A model generated the notes under the pieces. That model saw only the letters and a list, made by a program, of their open reading frames with translations. It had not been told where the DNA came from and did not search any database. The position numbers and the translations under genes were made by a program. From Histomonas meleagridis 2922-C6/04-290x (lineage: Eukaryota > Protista > Parabasalia), in assembly GCA_020184695.1 (NCBI GenBank), contig JAANOX010000064.1, positions 62,001 to 126,000 of the forward strand: a stretch of 64,000 nt of DNA, in the 5' to 3' direction. Of the stretch, positions 48,834 to 59,221 are shown piece after piece (within the stretch, counting starts at the first letter, position 1; the number at the start of each line of letters is the position of its first letter).

Positions 48834-49553
48834 ATGTCCAACGAAGAAGAAGAATTTAACAATGAAGAAGAAGAATTTGGCGGTGATGAGGTCGTTATTG
48901 ATGGTGATGACGGAGAGATTGTATTTGATGAACCACAAGAATCTCAAATAGACGATACACAAATTGACGAAGAAAGACAAAAAAGAGAAGAAGATGAAAG
49001 AGTTAAAGAAGAACTTGTAAAAAGATTTAACCCTACTACAGGAGCCGCTCGTAGGTTAATCAATGATCTCAAGATTATGATGGATAGTAATCCAAAAGAA
49101 CTTGGGTTCTCCTGTCAACCTAAAAACGAGGATATTTTCACATGGGAAGTAAGGCTTTTTGGTTTTGAAAAAGGAACTCCAATGATGAAAGATATTGAAA
49201 AATATCAAAAACAAACAGGAAGAGATTATGTTGAACTTAGCGTAACTTTTCCTCCAGACTATCCAATCAATCCCCCATTTGTCCGAGTTGTAAGACCACG
49301 ATTCGTTCCAAGAACTGGAAGAGTAACTGCAGGCGGCTCTTTGTGTACAGATATTTTAACATCGGAATCATGGAATCCAATGTACGGAATAGATAGTTTG
49401 ATGGTTAATATTCTTTCTGAAATTTTGAATGGAAATCCTCGAATTGATTTCACTCGAAATGATCCATACTCTTTGGAGGAAGCAAGAGCTGCATACCAAA
49501 GAGTTGCTAGCGATCATGGATGGAGAGTTCCAAAATGGATGCCCAATAAATAA
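48834..49553 (+). CDS. Ubiquitin-conjugating enzyme E2, UBE2Q-like
   Basis: FPPDYPINPPFVRVVRP, VTAGGSLCTDIL (active Cys), W.P.Y.I..L. Confidence 0.9.
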   Translation: MSNEEEEFNNEEEEFGGDEVVIDGDDGEIVFDEPQESQIDDTQIDEERQKREEDERVKEELVKRFNPTTGAARRLINDLKIMMDSNPKELGFSCQPKNEDIFTWEVRLFGFEKGTPMMKDIEKYQKQTGRDYVELSVTFPPDYPINPPFVRVVRPRFVPRTGRVTAGGSLCTDILTSESWNPMYGIDSLMVNILSEILNGNPRIDFTRNDPYSLEEARAAYQRVASDHGWRVPKWMPNK

Positions 49554-49839
49554 CATATTTAATAAGAATGTCAACTTTTTTAACAGGCTTATTGAAAGCA
49601 GAAGGTATGAAGTATGTGCATTTAATTGGTAGATATAAATTATTGTTATATTTTAATAAATATTAAAATGGGATCAAAAATAAATTAGGCTCGAGAAAGT
49701 TGCTATGTTGAACTTTTACTATTTTAACCAATCAAAAATAGCTTTGCTTGTTCATCTGGATCCAGAAAAAACAAAAAAATAATCAGAGAACGTTAACAAC
49801 AGTTAAATTTTTATGTACGTTTAGATAAAAAGAATTTTG

Positions 49840-51132
49840 ATGTTTCCCAACTATATACCTGGATTTACTTTCATTAAACAATTAGGGAAAGGATCTTATG
49901 GTGCCGTCTATAAAGTTAAGCGAATTCAAGATAATCAAAATTATGCATTAAAAATAGTTGATCTTAGATCTCTTAATCAAATACAAAGAGAAGAATCTGT
50001 AAATGAGATTAGGATTCTAGCTTCTGTACATTCACCTTTTATTATAGGTTTTCATGAAGCATCAATATATAACAAAAAATTATGCATTGTAACTGAATAT
50101 GGAAAGTTAGGAGATCTTTCTCATGCAATTTCAAGAAGAAAAGCCAAACGTAGACCTTTCAAAGAAGACGAAATATGGAGATTTCTACTTCAATCTCTCC
50201 ATGGTCTCCAAGTTCTTCACAACAGAGGCATTATTCATCGAGACATTAAAAGCGCTAACATTTTAATGTGTGCTCCAGACCTTTTTAAAATTGGTGATCT
50301 TGGGATATCAACAGTTCTCAAGCAGCATCGACTTGCCAAAACTCAAATTGGTACTCCGATTTATTTAGCTCCAGAAATCTGGAAGAAAAAGCCATACAAC
50401 GACAAGTGTGATGTATGGAGTCTTGGTGTAGTACTTTATGAAATGGCAACTTTCACATTTCCATACAATGGTTCCACAATGCGCGAACTCCAACAAAAGG
50501 TATGTAATTCAAGAATTCCACGTTTACCGAATTATTATTCTAAAGATCTCTCTGATATTATACACTTAATGCTCCGTCAAAATCCAGCGCTTCGACCAAA
50601 TGTCTCAGAGCTATTAGCAATGCCTATCATCAATTCACGCATGAGTTTAATAACGCCATTTTTAAATGCTGTTTCAAGGAGTGATGCAAATCTTATTGAA
50701 ACTATTCGAGTTCCACAAAATCTACAATATATCCATTTTCCTGTTCCGAGATATCAAAAGGATGAATGTGTTTCAATAGACAAAAGACTTCATGCAAAGG
50801 GTAAAATGGTTAACTTAAATTTAAATAGAGCATCAACAAGAGAATTACAAATGATCGCAGACTTGGACCAATGGAGCCCAACAAAAAATAAGGAAATTGT
50901 AATGGGTAATGAAAACATGGGAAATAATTTAAATATGGAAAATGATTTTTGTATCAAAAAGAATGAGGAACAAATGGAACCAAAAAAGGTACAAATGAAG
51001 CCAAGGCCTCCACCAAGGCCGCCTAATAGAGCAAACCCAAGAAAAAGGAGAATTCTTGCTGCACAGCCAAAAAATGTTAAGCAAATGCCAGCGCGAATAC
51101 GACCGCAGAGACCACCTTTGATAATTTGGTGA
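49840..51132 (+). CDS. NIMA-related (NEK) Ser/Thr kinase
   Basis: LGKGSYGAV, YALK, HRDIKSANI, KIGDLG, TQIGTPIYLAPE, DVWSLG. Confidence 0.9.
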   Translation: MFPNYIPGFTFIKQLGKGSYGAVYKVKRIQDNQNYALKIVDLRSLNQIQREESVNEIRILASVHSPFIIGFHEASIYNKKLCIVTEYGKLGDLSHAISRRKAKRRPFKEDEIWRFLLQSLHGLQVLHNRGIIHRDIKSANILMCAPDLFKIGDLGISTVLKQHRLAKTQIGTPIYLAPEIWKKKPYNDKCDVWSLGVVLYEMATFTFPYNGSTMRELQQKVCNSRIPRLPNYYSKDLSDIIHLMLRQNPALRPNVSELLAMPIINSRMSLITPFLNAVSRSDANLIETIRVPQNLQYIHFPVPRYQKDECVSIDKRLHAKGKMVNLNLNRASTRELQMIADLDQWSPTKNKEIVMGNENMGNNLNMENDFCIKKNEEQMEPKKVQMKPRPPPRPPNRANPRKRRILAAQPKNVKQMPARIRPQRPPLIIW

Positions 51133-51255
51133 TTTATTTTGGAAATACTAAAAATGTTGTAGTTGGTTGATATGTTGTTCTGTTTAAGTGCTTGGTTCAG
51201 TAAGCAAATCTTTGTTGTGGATCGAAATTTGCTAAAAAAAAAAACAAAAAATTAA

Positions 51256-51327
51256 TTCCGATACGGGGAGTCGAACCCCGCTCCCGTGGATGAAAACCAC
51301 ATATCCTAACCGATGAACGATATCGGA
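51256..51327 (-). tRNA. tRNA-Glu (TTC)
   Basis: TCCGATATCGTTCATCGGTTAGGATATGTGGTTTTCATCCACGGGAGCGGGGTTCGACTCCCCGTATCGGAA: 72 nt, acceptor stem, TTC anticodon loop, GTTCGAC T-loop, oligo-T downstream. Confidence 0.92.
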
Positions 51328-51750
51328 ACCTGAATATTACTTATTAATATAATAGAATATTATAATGTATCAAAAGTTTAATCAAAATATCACACATTGT
51401 GTATTGACACATAAATAAATGAAATTATATATAATAAATATTTTTGAAAATATCAACTAAAATGATGAAATATTGTATGCATTAGACCATAAAAAAAATG
51501 AAAGAAAGAAATTATTGAGTACTTCCTATACAGAAGTATCTCACTTCAAGAAAAACCAATGAATATTTCAGAACGGAAAATAATCGTACACAGAATAAGA
51601 AAGATCTTGTCACATCACATCATGTGAATAATTACCATATTGAGCTATTCTATATGAATACAAAACGATTAAAAACAATTCAATTATACAAAAATGAAAC
51701 TTAAAATGAATAGAGAGGAATGGATATAAGAGATAAAATGAAATAAATAA

Positions 51751-52426
51751 CATCAAAATATTTTAAAAAATATTTAAAATAAACTAATAGAGAGATATTG
51801 GAGAAATTTTGAAAAAAATTTTCAATTGTAAATTACAAGATAACATCATAATATTATCATATTATTCTTTAAATTTAAAATATATATACCAATGTTATTT
51901 ATTTAATGCAAGAAAATTATATTTGAATGTAAATAATAATAAGAAAAATATATTTGAAAACAGGTTTTTCTTGTTCCAACTTTTTAGGTCTTTTCTATGC
52001 TTTTTGATCGTATTTTCTTGTTATAAACATTTTTATCTCCAAATCAAATAATAATTTACTAAAATAGCATCGTAGCATCAATTGAAATTATTATGTTGTT
52101 TATTATATTTCAAAATCAATTTTCATGATTTCGTGATTTTAAAATGAATAGAACTCAATATTAACTGAATATAAATCAAAATTAATAAAAATTTAAATAT
52201 ATCATATAATTCTAAAAAATGTAATAGAGAGATTTTTCAATTTTTTAATTTAAAGTGAAATTGATTATCTATCATAAAAAAATTAGAATTAAAATAATGA
52301 AGTATTTAACAAAGAGCATTAATAAATATAATTTTTTTCGGTTTACAAATTAAAATTATAAATGTGCATTGATTTATTAACAAAACAATATTTTTTCGGT
52401 GGCGACCGTTTGGAGTACAACCTTAA
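51751..52426. repeat. Dispersed non-coding repeat, copy B
   Basis: Homologous to 39006-39554, with an extra segment at about 52275-52385. Confidence 0.8.
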
Positions 52427-52599
52427 AATAATTGTTTGGAAACAATTTGTTGAAATGATGACTGTTAAAAGTCACAAATGATAAAAATGGTATGAATTTA
52501 TTTATTACTTATGAAAATTTATCTTAAAAGTACCAAAGAACAAATCCATAGTATAGAAGACATTTCGTTTATGTGTTGTTAATGAAAATGTTTTAATTT

Positions 52600-53190
52600 G
52601 AATATGTTTTAATATATATTTAAAGATGTAAAATGAATTATATCCATGTTCCATGTCCAAATTCATAATACATTTATTAATTCTTCAACAAAAAATTCAT
52701 TTTGTTCTAGATTTGTTGATGAACTTTTTGGGGTTTCGGAAGAAACACTTGAATTCAAGTACTTTGAAGAAAAAACATAATAATTCCAACAATAATAAGT
52801 CTTAATAATAGTGTATCTAATACAATGCTGATCAAAAGATATTTTTCTATTTTATTATTTTCTTCTGATTTTCAAGTTTATTAGGTAAATTAGTCTAATA
52901 TATATAATGTGTTGAATATTGATGGATTTTATTTTCATATGAAATAAAATCGGAATATACATAAAAATATGTTGAATTAAAGAATGAAATACTAATTGTT
53001 TTGGAAATGATTGTTTGTGTATCAGAATATTTTAAAATATTGTTTGAATAAATGTTACACCAAATTTTAAAGAAGCGGGAAAAGTATTACTTTTGTGGAA
53101 ATGTATTTGATTGTGTAAATGAATTGGAAAATATATCTGATTTTGGAAATGCATTTGATTGTGTAAATGCATACGTTGGCTAAAAAATTA
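52600..53190 (-). pseudogene. Decayed S/T-stalk + TM tail of a BspA-type surface protein
   Basis: FTQSNAF..FTQSNTF stalk motifs and a hydrophobic stretch, with several stops. Confidence 0.45.
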
Positions 53191-53635
53191 TTACTTTGGA
53201 TTTAATACCATGTTATTCGTATAAAAATGAAATAAATATGACTTGAATTTTTTTTATAGTTAAAAATAACTTTATAAAATGTAACATAAAAATAATTCTT
53301 ATTGTATTGATAATAATTATATAATGAAAATAATACATATTAAATTAATTAAGAGGAGAGATACTTTTATTTAAATAATTTTTGATGATAGAAATCCTCC
53401 AAAAAATATATCATTATTATTTTTTCCATTTTTTCACTATACTATAAAATTATATCTTCAAGCATAATTATATTTTTTGCAAGCACATTGACATTTATTA
53501 TCAAATCTAAATCTTATATCAACATTCAAAAATTAGGTTTTCCTAAAGTTAAACATCCCATTTTGAAAACATATAAGTTTATCACAAATTATTTTATTTT
53601 ATATTCCATTCACATTAAATATTATTAATATTTTC

Positions 53636-54697
53636 ATGTGTTCTCTTCTTTTTCTTTATATGCTTCATAAAATCGAATGCAATGAACATATTAATGAAAT
53701 AACAAATCCCAAAAACCCAGCATTGTTCATTGATGAAGAATGGACCCAAGAAATCCTACAAGGTAACCTCATGAAAATTTCAATTGGTAAAAATATTAAT
53801 AAAATTGCTAAAAAAGCTTTTTATGGAAAGAATCTGGTAATAGAGATTGACATGAGTAGATCACAAGTAGAAATAATCGATCAAGAAGCATTTCGATTTT
53901 GTTCTAATCTCAAGAAATTCATGGGTTGTAGTAGCTTAATGTTAATTAAAGAATATGCATTTGATTCATGCATTAACTTAGAAACTATTGAAGGAATTAA
54001 TAATGTCGAGTTAATATTAGATTATGCATTTTGCGGAACAAAAATAGCTCAAATTAATTTAGGAAAGAATATACAAGATTTCCAAAAATCGGCATTTAAA
54101 CAATGTAATCACTTAGAAAATATATATGTTTCAAGTATGTATTTTTCAAATATTAATGATGATGGAATTGTTTATAGTCTTCATGCCAGTATAGTTTATT
54201 TCTTTCCACCAAGAAAAGGTGGTGTAATTACATTTGCAAAAAATGTTGAATCTATTTCTCGTTATGCATTTAATAATTGTTATTTGGTTAAAGGAATATG
54301 TATACCAGATATTCGTAACATTTGTGATAGAGCATTTATAAATTGCAATAACTTGAAATATATTCACTTCGGACCAAATCTTCTTGTTATCGAACCTTTG
54401 GCTTTTATTGGTATTTTTAATTTACATGTGTTTTATTCTGGTGAAGCGGTACCAAATGTTGCAATTAATGCTTTTGATGAAGCAATAAAAGTATTTACTT
54501 GGGAAAATTACTCTGCAAACATTTTTGGCCCATATCAAGTAATAAAAGTAAAGAAATTAAATTCTTTCCACAAGATGTTCTTTGGAGAAAAATTTTGTCA
54601 CTGCGGAATAAAGGGAAAACGAAACACAGAAGGTGTATTTAGAAGAACACTCAGAAGGTTTTCTCAGAGGAGAAGGAGAAATGAAAACCAAACATAA
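53636..54697 (+). CDS. BspA-like LRR protein
   Basis: IEIDMSRSQVEIIDQEAFRFCSNL and similar TpLRR repeats; signal-like N-terminus; basic C-terminus. Confidence 0.85.
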   Translation: MCSLLFLYMLHKIECNEHINEITNPKNPALFIDEEWTQEILQGNLMKISIGKNINKIAKKAFYGKNLVIEIDMSRSQVEIIDQEAFRFCSNLKKFMGCSSLMLIKEYAFDSCINLETIEGINNVELILDYAFCGTKIAQINLGKNIQDFQKSAFKQCNHLENIYVSSMYFSNINDDGIVYSLHASIVYFFPPRKGGVITFAKNVESISRYAFNNCYLVKGICIPDIRNICDRAFINCNNLKYIHFGPNLLVIEPLAFIGIFNLHVFYSGEAVPNVAINAFDEAIKVFTWENYSANIFGPYQVIKVKKLNSFHKMFFGEKFCHCGIKGKRNTEGVFRRTLRRFSQRRRRNENQT

Positions 54698-55080
54698 ACA
54701 AACCAATAAAGATTTATCAATAACATTATTTTTTTCAGAACACGTAAATGCCTGAGATTTGTTTGAAAACATATATGTCATAATATGTGAATTATTTAAG
54801 GATAAATGATACATCTCTCTTAATTTACATAAAGAAAATAATTTTATTTCTCTTATTTCTAATATTCGTCTCATTTCTGTGTCATTATTTTTTTTTTGTT
54901 GTAATTTTTTATGTTAATAAAATTTGATTTATATTCGATTAATATACTCACTTTTAGATATGAAATCAAAATGGTTTAATTATTCTTGTTTTGTCAATAT
55001 ATCTAGTTTATTAACATATTGAAAGTAGCTTTAAGAACGATCACATTTAAAAAGTTAATATTGAATAGTTTACATAATGT

Positions 55081-57681
55081 TCATTTCTTTGATGTTATAG
55101 ATTTAGCAGAACAAACGCGCGTTACTGGAATTAATGATGGATTACAAGTAAAAGAGTTCACACCCATTTCATGAAGCAATTTCATAGAATCAATATCACT
55201 ATACATATCATTAATTACATTAATTTCCAGCTCATTGTTCTGTTTCTTTGCATTTGATATGCAGTCTTTAATAAGTTGTCCAACACTTTCTTTCTCAATT
55301 GTTGAAAAATAATTTTCGTTTAGAATTCCTAATTTTAAATAATCGTTTAAAAATTGTGAATTTTTATCACAAGAACACATTAACTGTGTAATATTTGTTG
55401 GGTTAATTACAATGAAATTTACATCTTTTGCAATATTTGCAGACATTAAACAAGAATTAGGTGAAGAAATCTCTGCACCAACTTCAACATTGTTACTTTT
55501 ATTAATTTTTTTCATTTCTTTTTTAAATTGTTCGATTTCTTTCTTAAATATTACATTTGGTAATAAAATTTTTACTTTTGTTTTGTCGTTAATTTTATTT
55601 ATTTCGTTTAATATTGAATTTAATTGTATTTTTAATAAATCGTTTTGTATTAAATTCATTTGAATGTTTGATATACCAAAAAATTCATTTTCGACATTTT
55701 CTTTTCCGAATTTTAAAATTTCTTCTTTTTTATCAATGATTTTATCTTCGTTCGAATCCTCTTCTTCATTAAATTCTTTTTTAGCTTTAAGTTTACCAAT
55801 TTCTTCTGCCAAATCAAATAAATTTGGTGTAAAAGAACTTGGATTTAAAGCAAATAATTTTATAATAATTACTTTTAATGAATTATTATTTGATACAAAA
55901 ATATCATTAAAAAATTTTATTATTATTTCTTCCATCTTTTTAAGCGCTGATTCTCTTCTTTTACCATATAAAGAACGAACTAAAACAGAATATTTTCCTT
56001 TAAAAATCGATTCGATTGGTAATAAACCAATTCCATCATAACCAAATTGTTTTGCTTTATTAATATCATCAATTTTATTAAATATGGAATAAATTCGAAT
56101 GTTTTCTTTTTTACGGATTTTATCAGACCATTTAAGGATTTCATTCACATTTTCGTTTTTAATTTCATTTACATTTTCAAGATTCATTTCCCCAATATAT
56201 ATTTTCCCATCTCCTGAAATAGTTATAGTATCACCTTCTTTAATAACTTTATCCCCAAATGTAATAGTTTTTAATTTATAGTCAATTCTTATATTACCAC
56301 AACCAATTACAGCTGTTTTACCTAGTTTTCTAGTTATTAAAACAGCGAATGATGAATTTGTTCCTTTGTTTGTAATAATCGCGTCACTTTTGAGTATTGT
56401 AGTCAAATCTGTGGGATATAATTTATTGGTAACAAAAATAATATTTTTTTCATCTTTTATGTTAGAATTAATATAAACTTTTCCTATTATTGGTTTATTT
56501 AAAGAAGAAATTCCGCTACTAATATAATTTGAATTTGATATTATTGTATCATTTAATACTTGTTGAATATCTTCATTTTTAAGTATTAAAATCGATTGTT
56601 CTTTAGTGATAATTTTGGATTTGACCATATCATTTAACGCTTTAAATTTAGCATCAAATTTAAATAAAACTTCTTTTGTTTGAACAACAAAAATTTTTTC
56701 TTGATCAATAACAAAATCAATTGTTTGAGGAATTTTAAAATAATTTTCGATTTTCCTTGAAATGGTTTCAATTTCTTTTATTAATTTTGTAGGAATTAAT
56801 GTCTTAAGTGTTTTATAATCAATGATTTTGGAGTTTGACTCACGAATATCTGAAATCGTTGAGTTCATTGATGCTTCGCAATAAAATTCATTTGTTCCAT
56901 CATTTGGATTTCGAGTAGAAATGATTGCACTAAAACAATTTTTCCCTTTGTTCCCAAAAACCATTTCTGTACAAATGATTTTTGGATTATAACAATTTGG
57001 AAATAATGTTTTAGACATTCGATATAATGATGTAATAATATTACGTAATTGTTCAATAGGATTTTGTGGAAATTGTTTCCCTGTTTTACGCATTATTATA
57101 GATTTATAAAGCTTGGTGATTTCGATCCAATCAATAGAAGTAAATTCATTCGTAGTTTCATAATTTCGTGATTGTTTATATTGCTCAAAAAGTTCATCAA
57201 ATGATTCAACTGGAATTTTGAAAACAATTGTCCCATACCCTTGGATAAGACTTCTATACGAGTCATATACAAAACTTCGATCGTTTGTTTGCTGTGAAAG
57301 AGTTCGGGCAGTTATATCATTTAAACCTATATTTGGTATAGAATTTAATATATTTGAAACTGATCCTAAAAAATCATATTTACAACAAAGAAGAAGTGGA
57401 TTATCGCTTGTTCCAAATGTTGATTTAGAATCTTTTTCAATGCGCTTTAATGCATGAAGTATTTCTTCCCATGCTTTGTCTGAAATATGGATTTCTGTGT
57501 TGGACATTTCATTGAATGCTGTTGATGAAATAACAAAACCATTTGGGATATTTATGCCTAATGATTTTATTTCTGATAAATTCGCAACATCTTCTCCAAG
57601 TTCTTGAATTAGGTTTTTACGAGAACCATATTTCTTCTCTAGTTCTCGGAAATTATCCAATAATTGAACGAATTTACCCAT
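55081..57681 (-). CDS. Pyruvate phosphate dikinase-like protein A, catalytic residues lost
   Basis: PPDK architecture throughout (IPNGFVIS, NIGLND, FVYDSYRSLIQGYG, FPQNP.EQL, GIGLLP.E). GTNSSFA replaces GGxTSHA. Confidence 0.85.
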   Translation of the reverse strand: MGKFVQLLDNFRELEKKYGSRKNLIQELGEDVANLSEIKSLGINIPNGFVISSTAFNEMSNTEIHISDKAWEEILHALKRIEKDSKSTFGTSDNPLLLCCKYDFLGSVSNILNSIPNIGLNDITARTLSQQTNDRSFVYDSYRSLIQGYGTIVFKIPVESFDELFEQYKQSRNYETTNEFTSIDWIEITKLYKSIIMRKTGKQFPQNPIEQLRNIITSLYRMSKTLFPNCYNPKIICTEMVFGNKGKNCFSAIISTRNPNDGTNEFYCEASMNSTISDIRESNSKIIDYKTLKTLIPTKLIKEIETISRKIENYFKIPQTIDFVIDQEKIFVVQTKEVLFKFDAKFKALNDMVKSKIITKEQSILILKNEDIQQVLNDTIISNSNYISSGISSLNKPIIGKVYINSNIKDEKNIIFVTNKLYPTDLTTILKSDAIITNKGTNSSFAVLITRKLGKTAVIGCGNIRIDYKLKTITFGDKVIKEGDTITISGDGKIYIGEMNLENVNEIKNENVNEILKWSDKIRKKENIRIYSIFNKIDDINKAKQFGYDGIGLLPIESIFKGKYSVLVRSLYGKRRESALKKMEEIIIKFFNDIFVSNNNSLKVIIIKLFALNPSSFTPNLFDLAEEIGKLKAKKEFNEEEDSNEDKIIDKKEEILKFGKENVENEFFGISNIQMNLIQNDLLKIQLNSILNEINKINDKTKVKILLPNVIFKKEIEQFKKEMKKINKSNNVEVGAEISSPNSCLMSANIAKDVNFIVINPTNITQLMCSCDKNSQFLNDYLKLGILNENYFSTIEKESVGQLIKDCISNAKKQNNELEINVINDMYSDIDSMKLLHEMGVNSFTCNPSLIPVTRVCSAKSITSKK

Positions 57682-57719
57682 ATTTCTAACGTTTTCTTGG
57701 GTACCCTATATGAGAAAAA

Positions 57720-59018
57720 ATGTCTTCAAGCGAAGAAAGAATAGCTATTGTTAAAGAAAGACTTAATCAAAAAGAAGTAAAAGAACCACTTCTCGAAAGG
57801 TTCTTAAGATATGTTAAAATTCATACTACAAGCGATTCATCACAAACTAAAAAACCATCAACTGAAAGGCAATTTGTATTAGGAAATCTACTCTTAGAAG
57901 AGCTTCGTTCTTTAGGTGTTCAAGAAGTTTCAATTGATGAGCATTGTTATGTTATAGGAAAAATCCCTGCAACAAAAGGATATGAAAACGTTCCTTCAAT
58001 AGCTTTCATGTCTCATATTGACACGTCAGAGGATTGTTCAGGTGAAAATGTCAAACCACAAATTCACGAAAATTATGATGGATTTTCAATTATTGAAGTT
58101 GGTCATGGAATTTTTATTGATCCTCAAACAACACCACAAATCACTAAATGCATTGGAGATACAATAATTACCAGTGATGGAACAACACTTTTAGGTGGTG
58201 ATGATAAATGTGGTATTTCTGAAATCATGACAGCTGTTGATTATATACTCAATATCTCACCATTTCCACACGGTCCTATTGAGGTTATTTTTAGTTCTGA
58301 TGAAGAAATCGGGCGTGGTACTCTTTATTTTCCAATTGAAAAAATTTCCTCAAAATTTGGATATACCATTGATGGTGACTTGGAAGGTAATTATAGCTAT
58401 GAGAATTTCAATGCTATCACAGCCAAGCTTACATTTCATGGTTTCACATGTCATCCTGGAGATGCATATCACAAATTAATAAACGCTAATTTTATGGCGT
58501 CCGCATTTGTCTCGATGCTCCCAACGAATGAGCTTCCAGAGAGCACCTTTGGCAAGGACGGATTCTTCTTTGTGAAAAATATAGATGGAAATGTTGAAAC
58601 AGCAAATGTAACACTTTTTATTAGGGATTTTGAGGAAGAAGGAATCAAATCAAGAATAGAAAATTTAGAACTATTTGCTAAAGCAGTTGAGGCTAAATTT
58701 AAGGGAGGAAAAGTTGATATGCAACTGGATAGAACAGGGTCAAATATGTATAATGCTATGAAAAAGGATATGAGAGTTGTTCGGTTCCTTGAAAAAGCAA
58801 TGTGCAACGTTGGTATAGTTCCGAGTGTTGAGGCTATTAGAGGAGGAACTGATGGATCTAGATTGTCCACGAATTACGGAATTTTGACTCCAAACATTTT
58901 CACAGGAAGTGATAACATCCACTCTAAGGCTGAATTTGCTTGCTTGGGTCAGATGGTGGGAGTTGTGAGAATAATTATCGAATTAATCAAGATCTGGGCT
59001 GAAAATAAAGAGATATAA
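57720..59018 (+). CDS. pepT: Peptidase T (M20B tripeptidase)
   Basis: SHIDTS, LGGDDKCG, DEEIGRG, YTIDG, HPG.A...INA, IRGGTDG, NIHSKAE; metal ligands intact. Confidence 0.95.
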   Translation: MSSSEERIAIVKERLNQKEVKEPLLERFLRYVKIHTTSDSSQTKKPSTERQFVLGNLLLEELRSLGVQEVSIDEHCYVIGKIPATKGYENVPSIAFMSHIDTSEDCSGENVKPQIHENYDGFSIIEVGHGIFIDPQTTPQITKCIGDTIITSDGTTLLGGDDKCGISEIMTAVDYILNISPFPHGPIEVIFSSDEEIGRGTLYFPIEKISSKFGYTIDGDLEGNYSYENFNAITAKLTFHGFTCHPGDAYHKLINANFMASAFVSMLPTNELPESTFGKDGFFFVKNIDGNVETANVTLFIRDFEEEGIKSRIENLELFAKAVEAKFKGGKVDMQLDRTGSNMYNAMKKDMRVVRFLEKAMCNVGIVPSVEAIRGGTDGSRLSTNYGILTPNIFTGSDNIHSKAEFACLGQMVGVVRIIIELIKIWAENKEI

Positions 59019-59221
59019 AATACATGATTCATATAATTGTTACTAAATCTATTTGATAATTTTTCTATTCAATTCACTTTTACTGTGAGTAGTATTTTAC
59101 TATTTACTATTTTACTGTAATTAATATTTAATATGGAATTAATCTGTGTTTTAATTAGAGGGTTTCTTTTGTCACTTTTTCTAAAGAGCACGTTTACGAA
59201 CTGGTTTGAAACGTACAAAAA

